From an uncultured Woeseiaceae bacterium (GTDB lineage Bacteria; Pseudomonadota; Gammaproteobacteria; Steroidobacterales; UBA11654), in NCBI GenBank assembly GCA_964633465.1, contig CAZWGB010000001.1, forward strand, positions 4,753-68,752: a DNA stretch of 64,000 bases, written 5' to 3'. Numbering within the stretch: position 1 is the first letter of the stretch; each line of letters starts with the position of its first letter. Position numbers and translations under genes: made by a program. Positions 36,384-45,574 of this stretch are shown piece by piece. The notes beneath the pieces were generated by a model. It was not told the DNA's origin, searched no databases, and worked only from the letters and a program-made list of their open reading frames with translations.

Positions 36384-37499
36384 TTACCGAAAAGCACTGT
36401 TGAGATTTTTTGAGCCAGGTTGTGAAAGGAGAATTTGCCACAAATGATTCGAACGTGAACGAAACGAAGCAGCACTGAGCAACAACCAATAGGTCCACAT
36501 TCGATAAAATCTTCGATCGTAGTTGTGTTTGAGGGATTGATAGTGCTTCGTAAAATTACTGTGCCAGCACATTATTGTCTTATCATAATCCGGGCCAAAA
36601 TTATGCCAGTCATCAATCTTGAAGAGTCCTTCAATAGCTCCTGTTATCTGTTTAGAAGAAGGCATCATGCCATTGGGGAAAATATACTTTTCAACCCAAG
36701 GATCTGTCGAAGTTGTTGATTGGTCAATACCAATGGTATGGAGTAAAAAAACACCTTCCTTCTTCAAACAACGATGGACAACTTCAAAATATGTCTTGTA
36801 ATTCTTATAACCAACTGCCTCAAACATACCGATGGAGTATATGGCGTCAAATTTTTCGTCTAATTCTCGGTAATCTGAGAGACGAATATCAACATCTAAA
36901 CCAGCGCATGTCTCCCGTGCTAATTTAGCTTGTTGCTGGGAAATTGTTATACCGACTATGTGCACATCGTGAGTCTCAGCAAAATATTTAGCAGCGCCAC
37001 CCCAGCCACAGCCAATATCGAGTATTTTCATGCCGGGCTGCAAATTTAGTTTTAGAGCGACAAGGTCCAACTTTGCTTTTTGAGACTCTTCAAGATTGGA
37101 AACTTCCTTTGGCCAATAACCGCAGGTGTATATCATTCGCTTATCAAGCATTACTGAAAAAAGGTCATTACCAATGTCGTAATGTTTTTCCCCCACCATA
37201 AAGGCTCGAGAAATGGACTGTAAATTCGTTAATCGACTTCTAACCATTGTCAGTAATGCCGGCATGCTTCCAATTTTATAGTCGATTCCTTTTCTTAAAA
37301 TCTTTTCAAAAAATACATCGAGTTGTTCGCAGTCAAACCATCCATCCATATATGATTCACCCAATCCAATTGAGCCATTCAATAGGATACGTTTGAACAT
37401 CTTTGAATTTTTAATTGCGATATCCCAAGGTCTCGAGCCATTGATTTTTACGTCAATCTCATCGAGTAACTTTTGATAGTAACTTTCTAATACCGCCAT
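36384..37499 (-). CDS. cfa: Cyclopropane-fatty-acyl-phospholipid synthase family methyltransferase
   Basis: HYD.GNDLF, the ILDIGCGWGG SAM motif, and a 371-aa length typical of Cfa. Confidence 0.85.
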   Translation of the reverse strand: MAVLESYYQKLLDEIDVKINGSRPWDIAIKNSKMFKRILLNGSIGLGESYMDGWFDCEQLDVFFEKILRKGIDYKIGSMPALLTMVRSRLTNLQSISRAFMVGEKHYDIGNDLFSVMLDKRMIYTCGYWPKEVSNLEESQKAKLDLVALKLNLQPGMKILDIGCGWGGAAKYFAETHDVHIVGITISQQQAKLARETCAGLDVDIRLSDYRELDEKFDAIYSIGMFEAVGYKNYKTYFEVVHRCLKKEGVFLLHTIGIDQSTTSTDPWVEKYIFPNGMMPSSKQITGAIEGLFKIDDWHNFGPDYDKTIMCWHSNFTKHYQSLKHNYDRRFYRMWTYWLLLSAASFRSRSNHLWQILLSQPGSKNLNSAFR

Positions 37500-37639
37500 T
37501 GGTCTATTATCATACTAGCACATATTTTGAACAACTCATTTGCAACTCAGTTTGTTATGACCTGATGCCAGATCTTGATACCATTTCTGAATACTCATAT
37601 ATGCAATTTGATTGAGTCTTTGTTAATTTGTGTTATTAG

Positions 37640-38614
37640 ATGAAGAACCAAATTATAATTGCGACATTCTTTTTCACATTTAATTGTTTTGCTGGCATGA
37701 ACACAGAAGACACCTCTATATCAGAAGAATCTACTACAAAACCAGTAATTGTGATCCATGGAGGGGCAGGCTGGAGTAAAAATACGAGTGATGAGATACA
37801 AGATGCTATTAAAGCGGGGTTAAAAACAGCACTCGATGCTGGCTATTCCATCTTGGAATCCGGCGGATCAAGCTTGGATGCTGTCGAAGCTGCAATAGTT
37901 ACTCTTGAGAACAACCCAGTTTTTAATGCAGGTCGAGGTTCTGTTTATACAACAGAAGAGAATCAGGAAATGGATGCTTCAATAATGAGTGGGATTGATC
38001 AAGATGCTGGCGCAGTGGCTTCTATTTCTCGGGTAAAAAATCCAATAAAACTCGCACGATACATAATGGAGCATACGGACCATGTAATGATGGCAGGCCA
38101 GGGTGCTGAGAAAATAGCTGAGCAAGGCGGACTTGATCTCGTTGATCCAAGCTATTTTCATTCAGAAAATAGATTGAAAAGAGTGAAAAAACAAAAAGCT
38201 AAAAAGAACAGCACGGTTGGAGCACTTGCTATTGATAAGTGGGGCAATATTACAGCCGGAACATCAACTGGCGGTAGGAGTAATAAACTCCCAGGCAGGA
38301 TTGGCGATTCACCCATTATCGGGGCCGGTACCTGGGCGCAGAACAATGTTTGTGGCGTTTCAGGGACAGGTCATGGGGAATATTTTATTCGTTACAATGT
38401 TGCTCGTGAAATATGTGCCAGGATGGAATATTTACAGCTTTCTGTTGGAGAGGCTTCGTCACAAGTTATTGGTCAATTAACAGCAATAGATATTGAAGGT
38501 GGTGTTATTGTTTTGGATAAGAATGGCAATATTTCGATGGAATTTAATACCGATGGCATGGCAAGGGCTTATCGAAATTCCGAAGGGAACGAAATAATTG
38601 CAATCTATAAATGA
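37640..38614 (+). CDS. iaaA: Isoaspartyl peptidase / L-asparaginase (plant-type, Ntn hydrolase), secreted
   Basis: Signal peptide; HGGAG; autoprocessing site GTVGALAID; GTSTGG and GAGT motifs. Confidence 0.85.
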   Translation: MKNQIIIATFFFTFNCFAGMNTEDTSISEESTTKPVIVIHGGAGWSKNTSDEIQDAIKAGLKTALDAGYSILESGGSSLDAVEAAIVTLENNPVFNAGRGSVYTTEENQEMDASIMSGIDQDAGAVASISRVKNPIKLARYIMEHTDHVMMAGQGAEKIAEQGGLDLVDPSYFHSENRLKRVKKQKAKKNSTVGALAIDKWGNITAGTSTGGRSNKLPGRIGDSPIIGAGTWAQNNVCGVSGTGHGEYFIRYNVAREICARMEYLQLSVGEASSQVIGQLTAIDIEGGVIVLDKNGNISMEFNTDGMARAYRNSEGNEIIAIYK

Positions 38615-38700
38615 TAAAACTATATGGCTCCCCAAGGTCAAGAACATCAAGAGTTCTATGGTGCTTAGAAGAAAATTTAGACATTCTTTCTGTTAATTAA
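38611..38700 (+). pseudogene. Truncated glutathione S-transferase N-terminal remnant (29 codons)
   Basis: ATG 38611 (ATGA overlap with the iaaA stop) reads MIKLYGSPRSRTSRVLWCLEENLD, a typical GST N-terminus, then ILSVN-stop. The next gene starts 5 nt later. Confidence 0.5.
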
Positions 38701-38704
38701 GAAA

Positions 38705-39886
38705 ATGCCCTACAGTAAAAAGAAAGTTAATAATTGTCTCAATATCAGAGATTTAAGAGCTTTAGCCAGAAAGAATCTTCCTGATGCCATGTTTCATTAT
38801 ATGGACGGGGCAGCTGACGATGAAATTACATTGGCTCGCAATACCCAGGCCTTTAATAACTATGAGTTGATGCCCAACTATTTGGTTGATGTGGAAGAAG
38901 TTAAGCTAGAGACAAAAATTTTTGGCCAAAAACTAGACCTGCCTTTCTTTTTGTCACCCACAGGCATGAATAGATTGTTCCATCATGAAAAGGAATTGGC
39001 AGTAGCGAGAGTAGCAGATTCATTTGGAACTCTTTATTCACTTTCTACTGTAGCAACATCAAGTATTGAAGAAATTTCTGCAGCAATTGATGGACCAAAA
39101 ATGTTCCAAATATATATTCATAAAGACGAAGGTCTGACTAGAGAATTTGTTCAACGAAGTAAGGATTCTGGTTATGCGGCGCTTTGCTTAACTGTTGATG
39201 TGCCCACGGCTGGCAATCGAGAACGTGAATTATTCTACGGTATGTCTATGCCTCCGAAATTACGATACGGTAACATTATTGATTTTCTGAAACATCCGAC
39301 TTGGACGTCAAAGTTATTTCTCCACCCCGATTTTAAGCTTGCCAATGTCGTGGCAAGAAAGGACGTCATAGGTAAAGGTGTGATTAGTTTGATGGATTAT
39401 TTTAATACCCAGCTAATACCAAATGTGACTTGGGATCATGCAGAATGGCTGATTGAAGAGTGGGGTGGGCCTTTTGCTATCAAGGGTTTGTTAACCAAAG
39501 AGGATGCAATCAGAGCTAGGAACATCGGGGCTAGTGCCGTCATGATTTCCAATCATGGTGGCAGACAATTGGATTCGGCGCCTGCACCTGTTGACTGTGT
39601 GACCGAGATTCGAGATGCAGTTGGGGATGATTTGGAGCTTATTGTGGATGGAGGAATTAGAAGGGGTACTGATATTTTGAAAGCTCTTGCACTGGGCGCC
39701 AATGCCGTTTCCATCGGCAGAGCCTATCTGTTTGGACTTGCAGCAGGTGGGGAATTTGGTGTGTTAAGGGCTCTGAGTTTATTGAGAGATGAAGTTATCA
39801 GGGACATGGCTTTATTGGGAACCCCGACAGTCCAAGACATCGGCAGCAAAAACGTTCGATTGAGCAAAACCCCAGTTAAATCTTGA
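38705..39886 (+). CDS. FMN-dependent alpha-hydroxy-acid dehydrogenase/oxidase (LldD/glycolate-oxidase family)
   Basis: 393 aa; SNHGGRQLD active-site motif, DGGIRRG, and the N-terminal family pattern (Y..GGA.DE.T...N). Confidence 0.85.
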   Translation: MPYSKKKVNNCLNIRDLRALARKNLPDAMFHYMDGAADDEITLARNTQAFNNYELMPNYLVDVEEVKLETKIFGQKLDLPFFLSPTGMNRLFHHEKELAVARVADSFGTLYSLSTVATSSIEEISAAIDGPKMFQIYIHKDEGLTREFVQRSKDSGYAALCLTVDVPTAGNRERELFYGMSMPPKLRYGNIIDFLKHPTWTSKLFLHPDFKLANVVARKDVIGKGVISLMDYFNTQLIPNVTWDHAEWLIEEWGGPFAIKGLLTKEDAIRARNIGASAVMISNHGGRQLDSAPAPVDCVTEIRDAVGDDLELIVDGGIRRGTDILKALALGANAVSIGRAYLFGLAAGGEFGVLRALSLLRDEVIRDMALLGTPTVQDIGSKNVRLSKTPVKS

Positions 39887-42168
39887 GTTTTAAGGAATTG
39901 TTGCTTTATAAAAAAATACTCCCTTTGATTTGTTTGCTGCTTTCCACAGCAGTATTAGGGGTTGATATTAACCACGAAATTGAAGTTGCCAAAGAGAATG
40001 CAACAAAAATTAATAACAATGATGTTTTTAATGCCTTTATTTCTGCTGCCGACGACTCTTATATTGAAAATAGGATTGGCAGCATGCTTGATAAAGGTCT
40101 AAATCCCATACCTATAGCCATAAAAGATAACATTGACGTTCGTGGATTGGCCAATACCGCAGGATCCATTGCCCTGAAAAATAATTTCCCTAGAAACGAT
40201 GCTTATCTAATAACAAAACTCAAAAAGGGTGGTTACTATGTTATCGGGAAAACCAATCTTTCAGAATGGGCAAACTTCAGATCCTATGAATCGGCAAGCG
40301 GTTGGTCAAGTATTGGTGGGCAGACCCAAAACCCATATGGTGAAAACAGGAATCCCTGTGGTTCCAGTTCTGGATCAGCAGTCGCTGTGGCTGCGGGGTT
40401 GGTTCCTGTTGCAATAGGTACTGAAACCAATGGTTCCATTTCATGCCCTTCTTCAGTAAATGGAGTAGTCGGTATCAAGCCGACAGTTGGATTAGTCAGC
40501 CGTTCGGGAATTATTCCAATCTCAAAGACACAGGACACGGCAGGGCCAATGGCTAAAACCGTGAAGGAAGCAGCAAGGGTCCTTGAGTATATGGCTGGTT
40601 ACGACCCCAAGGATAAAAGAACAAGTACTATTCCAGCAGATTTCAATTTTCAATTTGCAAAGAATTTAAACGAGCTGTCGCTTCAGTCTAAAAGGATTGG
40701 TTTGTTGTCTTCTGGATCTGAAGATTCAGAAGGTAGTAAATTATTGACAAAGGCTACTGAAATATTTCGAAAACTTGGTGCAGATGTAATACTCATGTCT
40801 GAAACCAAAGAGTACCCTGGCGAAGAAGAGTTTTTTGTACTACTTTTTGAATTTCGAGAAGGGATCAATAAATACTTAAGAAAAGCTAATATAAATTTAC
40901 AAAATTTAAATCAACTAATTGCATTCAACAATGAGAATAGGGATGTGGCAATGGAACACTTTGGCCAAGAAATTTTCATTGAAAGTGCTGAAACGCTAGG
41001 TCAGAGGAGTAAATACATGCGTTCTGTTGAGTTAACAACAAGAGAATCAAGAAATTACATAGATAGTCTTTTAGAGGAATACAGCCTTGATGCTTTGGTT
41101 GGTTTAACCCGTGGACCAGCTTGGCTGATTAATTACAATGGAGGAGATGAACAGGCAATAGAAGATCAGCGATCATGGGGAACTGGAGGGTTTGCAGCCA
41201 TGTCGGGGTATCCTCACATCACTATACCATTTGATCTTGTTGATGGCTTACCTGTGGGTATTTCATTCATTTCCACTGCTTGGGATGACAAATCCATTAT
41301 AGAAATGGCATATGCTTTTGAGCAAGAAAATGAGTTTAATGAATTGCATCAACCACCAAAGAAAAGTGAAAATGAACAGCGTCTTAAAAAAATACTTTTA
41401 TCATCAAGACCTATTGATGCTGGAAAATCTCTCTGGACTGATGAATTGACCTGGATGGAGGTTCGCGATCTCATAGAAAATGGATACACTCAAGTGATAA
41501 TTCCAACCGGTGGCATCGAACAAAACGGACCCTTTCTTGCTACGGGTAAACACAATGTAATTCTTAAAGCCGCCTGTCCAGAAATTGCTAAAAAATTAGG
41601 AAATACCCTGTGTGCACCGATCATCAAATTCGTACCAGAAGGCAACATTGAGCCTCCATCTGGGGCGATGCGTTTTCCTGGAACAATCAGTCTTCGTTCA
41701 GAAACTTATCGAATGCTCTTGGACGATATAGCGAGTAGCCTTAAACAGTCGGGTTTTAAGAATATAATTTTCATAGGTGACAGTGGGGGTAATCAAATAG
41801 GCATGGAGATCGTTGCTAAAAAACTCAATCAACGCTGGAGTGGTTCCGGAATTCTGGCTCACTATATACCTGAGTACTACAATCCTGGTTGGGAAAAAAC
41901 AGAGCGTTTTACAAAAGAAGTTCTTGGAGTTGAAGAGACAAGCAACGATGGCCACCATGACGATATTTGGGTGACTGCAATGATGATGGTGACTGATCCA
42001 GAACAGGTTCGTCATCGGCAACGAATCGATGCCGGACTTGCATCTATCAATGGAGTAGATATCACGCCAATTGAAGAAACAATTGAGTTGGGACGCAAGA
42101 TGCTCGAGTTTCGCACTGAATTTACTGCAGACGCAATCCGTAAGGCCATTCAAAGCTCAAAGCAGTAA
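39883..42168 (+). CDS. Secreted fusion protein: amidase-signature domain plus a creatininase-family domain with substituted metal-ligand motifs
   Basis: TTG start overlapping the upstream stop (TTGA), followed by a signal peptide. N-terminal about 480 aa carry the GSSSGSAVAVAAG amidase signature. The C-terminal about 250 aa resemble creatinine amidohydrolase family proteins (LTWMEVRDL...VIIPTGGIEQNGPF...IGDSGGN). Confidence 0.75.
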   Translation: MSFKELLLYKKILPLICLLLSTAVLGVDINHEIEVAKENATKINNNDVFNAFISAADDSYIENRIGSMLDKGLNPIPIAIKDNIDVRGLANTAGSIALKNNFPRNDAYLITKLKKGGYYVIGKTNLSEWANFRSYESASGWSSIGGQTQNPYGENRNPCGSSSGSAVAVAAGLVPVAIGTETNGSISCPSSVNGVVGIKPTVGLVSRSGIIPISKTQDTAGPMAKTVKEAARVLEYMAGYDPKDKRTSTIPADFNFQFAKNLNELSLQSKRIGLLSSGSEDSEGSKLLTKATEIFRKLGADVILMSETKEYPGEEEFFVLLFEFREGINKYLRKANINLQNLNQLIAFNNENRDVAMEHFGQEIFIESAETLGQRSKYMRSVELTTRESRNYIDSLLEEYSLDALVGLTRGPAWLINYNGGDEQAIEDQRSWGTGGFAAMSGYPHITIPFDLVDGLPVGISFISTAWDDKSIIEMAYAFEQENEFNELHQPPKKSENEQRLKKILLSSRPIDAGKSLWTDELTWMEVRDLIENGYTQVIIPTGGIEQNGPFLATGKHNVILKAACPEIAKKLGNTLCAPIIKFVPEGNIEPPSGAMRFPGTISLRSETYRMLLDDIASSLKQSGFKNIIFIGDSGGNQIGMEIVAKKLNQRWSGSGILAHYIPEYYNPGWEKTERFTKEVLGVEETSNDGHHDDIWVTAMMMVTDPEQVRHRQRIDAGLASINGVDITPIEETIELGRKMLEFRTEFTADAIRKAIQSSKQ

Positions 42169-42201
42169 ATTGGTTACTATTAGGTATTTGCAGATCTGCG
42201 T

Positions 42202-44121
42202 CTAGCAAGACATACAATTGTTGTTGTTTTTAGCTCCGAGTTGTTCCAATAGATCAATGGTTTTACGATAAGGTATTACACGTTCGATAGGTCCATTTGC
42301 CATGTCGACAGTTGTTTGTCCTTTGCGGCTAACAACCATAACATCAGCTCCCTTTTCAAGGAGATATCTAATAACTTTGTTATCTCCTCGTGATGCTGCA
42401 TGATGCAGTGATGTATATCCATTGGCATCACGTAAGTTAACATCCGCCCCACATTCTTCAACTAAAAATTTAACAACCGGTAACCAATTGCCTGGAGCAT
42501 ACTGGTGTGCAGTACCGACAAAATACTGACCATATCCTGCTCCCGCTGCCAGATGGATTGGGTAGATTGAAGGCCCTCCATCTGGAATCGGTGGTAAACC
42601 TGAATAATCTATTTCTTCTTTGACCTGTTTTTCAGGGTCAGCTGCTTGGTCCATTGGTCTGCGTCGTTTCGGTCGTTTGGTATTAGCTATATCTGGATTG
42701 GCTCCATATTTTTTTAGCAGTCGCATGGCTTCTAGATCAAGAGCTTGTGTCGCACGCCAGAATGGTGTGGCTCCTGCAAAGTGAATTCCACCACTGCTCA
42801 TGATGAAGAATGTGTATTCGGTATACCAGAGATGTTGATTCATCTTTATGTTTGGATCTGCACCAGATTTAAGCAGTGCTCTTATAACATCAAGATGCGT
42901 TGCTTGTTGTTGCTGATGTTCAATTGGATGTGCATACGAAGCTTTAGGAGCCCATTTTCTTTCTAAAACTGCAAACAATGGTGATGTGCCAGCAGCACTG
43001 ACAGTATTAGGATTTGCTCCTTTTTCTATTAGTTTCATTGCAAGATCAAATTGTCCATTGATAGCAGCCATCAATAGGGGAGTGGTGCCATCTCCGGATG
43101 GTTGATTAATATCAACATTGTTATCCAGTAACACATCCACTGCTTCCTCATGACCCTGTCTTATTGCATGCAAAAGTGGTGTGAGGCCACCCCATTTACC
43201 GACCATTTTTCCGTAGGATTGCCGTGATGGTTCTTTTCCTTCTTCGGTCTCTGAATTAAGTTCATAGACCGGTTCACCATCTGCATTATAAGTTACCACG
43301 GTCGGTAAATCGGACTGCCTTATTGCAACCGATTGTTGAAATTCTGCTCCTGTATCTAACATAGCATTTTCTTTATCTTCTTCCGCTTTTTGAATAGCTG
43401 ACCAATTGCGTTGAATTTCACGACCCGATTCAATGGCTGCTTGAACTTGAATGGCTGTTGGTAACCAATCAGTACCTCCACCTTCCTTTTCTTTGAATTG
43501 GGCAATGATTTCGTTAATTCTTTTTTCTGCTGATTGATCAGCTTTCTCCATTTGTATGACATCAACAATATTTGATGACAATGCAGAATCAGCCCCTGCA
43601 TCAAGCAATGCATGCATTACACCAAAATGATTTGCAGCTGCAGCAAAAATAAGAGGCGTTTGTCCCCAAGCATTTTCCCGAGCGTTGGTCTGAGCTCCTG
43701 CCAAAAGCAGAGAAGTTACACTTTCTATATTGCCGGATGCAGAAGCTAGATGTAGGGCAGTTGAGCCGGAATTAGCGGTTTTTATGTTTGGATCAATGCC
43801 TGTATCCAATATAATTTTTATTATGTCTGCATTGCCTTTTTTAGCTGCTAAATGCAATGGTTTGTATTGTCCAATTCTAGTTCCAGCCATTGGATTAGCA
43901 CCGGCATAGATCAAAACCTCTGCTAATTCCGAATTTCCTCTTTCTGCTGCCCAATGAAGGGCAGTCATGCCATCTCCCTGAGGTTTATTGACTTCAGCGC
44001 CCTCTTTTAACAATTGCTTTATTAGAGCTATATCACCATTCTCCGCAGCATCAGCCACAGTATTTTCTAGAGCATTTGCTTCGGCCAATAGAAGTGGAAA
44101 CAAGAGGAAAAAAATTTTCAT
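42202..44121 (-). CDS. Exported ankyrin-repeat protein
   Basis: From ATG 44121: signal peptide MKIFFLLFPLLLAEANA (the track ORF begins at GTG 44151). Multiple ANK repeats (G.TALHWAAERGN.E....L...GA.PN...). Ends in NNNNCMSC. Confidence 0.85.
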   Translation of the reverse strand: MKIFFLLFPLLLAEANALENTVADAAENGDIALIKQLLKEGAEVNKPQGDGMTALHWAAERGNSELAEVLIYAGANPMAGTRIGQYKPLHLAAKKGNADIIKIILDTGIDPNIKTANSGSTALHLASASGNIESVTSLLLAGAQTNARENAWGQTPLIFAAAANHFGVMHALLDAGADSALSSNIVDVIQMEKADQSAEKRINEIIAQFKEKEGGGTDWLPTAIQVQAAIESGREIQRNWSAIQKAEEDKENAMLDTGAEFQQSVAIRQSDLPTVVTYNADGEPVYELNSETEEGKEPSRQSYGKMVGKWGGLTPLLHAIRQGHEEAVDVLLDNNVDINQPSGDGTTPLLMAAINGQFDLAMKLIEKGANPNTVSAAGTSPLFAVLERKWAPKASYAHPIEHQQQQATHLDVIRALLKSGADPNIKMNQHLWYTEYTFFIMSSGGIHFAGATPFWRATQALDLEAMRLLKKYGANPDIANTKRPKRRRPMDQAADPEKQVKEEIDYSGLPPIPDGGPSIYPIHLAAGAGYGQYFVGTAHQYAPGNWLPVVKFLVEECGADVNLRDANGYTSLHHAASRGDNKVIRYLLEKGADVMVVSRKGQTTVDMANGPIERVIPYRKTIDLLEQLGAKNNNNCMSC

Positions 44122-44171
44122 ATTTGGCAACTTAATTTTGATGACTTCCACGATTGTGTTGTATTACTCAA

Positions 44172-45542
44172 TTAGAGCGACATAGTGCTGGTACTGTCAC
44201 CAAAACTCTCCAGATCATGGCCAAGTTTTTGTAGCAATGCAAGCATGGCATTAGCCATGGGAGTTCCATTCGTTGCTTTAATATGTTTCCCTCCACTCAA
44301 TTGACCATTGGCTCCACCAAAAACAATTAAAGGGCATCGACGATGGTTATGGAGATTAGCATCTCCCATTGGCGAACCCCAGATGATCATCGACTGATCC
44401 AGGAGACTTTGTCCGCCATCATAAGTTTCTTCAAGTCGTTTCAAGAAATAAGCCATTTGACCAACTCTGTATTGGCATATCTTGTTGAATTCCAAAACTC
44501 CTTTCTCCTTATCTCCATGATGAGATGCCGGGTGAAAGGCACGATCAGAATCACTTTCAGGGAAAGTACGATTGGAAGCATCACGACCCGTTTTAAAGGA
44601 TATGACGCGAGTCATGTCGGTCTGAAAAGCAAGAATTTGCAAATCAAACATAAGCTGCATGTGTTCTGAGAATGAATCTGGAACACCAGGAGGCGCTCCG
44701 GGTAATTCACGTACTTCAACATTGGTGTTATCAGTTTCAATTTTTTGTATGCGGCGTTCAATTTCACGTACACTCTCCAAATAACTGTTCATGCGCCTAC
44801 GATCAACTGAGCTAAGTTGCCTATTCATCTGGGCGATTTCTGTTATAACCCAATCAAGGATGCTGCTTTGTGTTTTACGTCTGGCTGTTCGCTCCTCTTT
44901 AGTGCCCCCAGCACCAAAAAGCATATCGAATGCAGTACGTGGATTTCGGATCATAGTCATTGGAGTCGTCGGTGAGGCCCAGCTGATGCAGTCCGTATAG
45001 GAACAAGAATAGTTGTAATCACAACCGCCACCCTTATCTGTTGGCTCAATGCAAAGCTGCAATGAAGGCAGTATAGTAGCCTCTCCGAAACGTTGTGCAT
45101 GCAGTTGATCCAAAGAAATGCCACAATGAAGATCCGAACCTTGTGTTTGCTTGGGATGTGCATGAGTGAGGAATACAGCCGAGGAACGAAAATGATCCCC
45201 ACCAATTTCAGCGGGATTTATCGGTTCTGCCATACGGGCGTCTGTATTGCTGATAATGGTGAAATGTTCACGCCAAGATTCAAGAGATTTTAGTGGGTTT
45301 TCTGGTACCAATTGATAGTCATATCCAACGCTCGATGGAGCGAACAACAACTTCTCTGCTCCCTGTTTATTGCAGCCGGCGAGACCATGAACTTCTTCAA
45401 TGCAAACAAGACGAGTCTTGTTTGACTCATCAGCAGCTGCAAATGCAGGAATCATCGCATCAAGTAATGGTAAGGCAATGCCCACTCCAGCACTTTGGAG
45501 AAATCGTCTTCGATGAATTTTTCTTCTTGTTATAAAATTCAT
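44172..45542 (-). CDS. DUF1552 family protein with a twin-arginine signal
   Basis: N-terminal RRRFLQSAGVGIALPLLDAM is the characteristic DUF1552 start. 456 aa, and paired with a DUF1592-type gene. Confidence 0.8.
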   Translation of the reverse strand: MNFITRRKIHRRRFLQSAGVGIALPLLDAMIPAFAAADESNKTRLVCIEEVHGLAGCNKQGAEKLLFAPSSVGYDYQLVPENPLKSLESWREHFTIISNTDARMAEPINPAEIGGDHFRSSAVFLTHAHPKQTQGSDLHCGISLDQLHAQRFGEATILPSLQLCIEPTDKGGGCDYNYSCSYTDCISWASPTTPMTMIRNPRTAFDMLFGAGGTKEERTARRKTQSSILDWVITEIAQMNRQLSSVDRRRMNSYLESVREIERRIQKIETDNTNVEVRELPGAPPGVPDSFSEHMQLMFDLQILAFQTDMTRVISFKTGRDASNRTFPESDSDRAFHPASHHGDKEKGVLEFNKICQYRVGQMAYFLKRLEETYDGGQSLLDQSMIIWGSPMGDANLHNHRRCPLIVFGGANGQLSGGKHIKATNGTPMANAMLALLQKLGHDLESFGDSTSTMSL

Positions 45543-45574
45543 GTAGGCATCCTTTAATCTTTCAATTTTTACTA

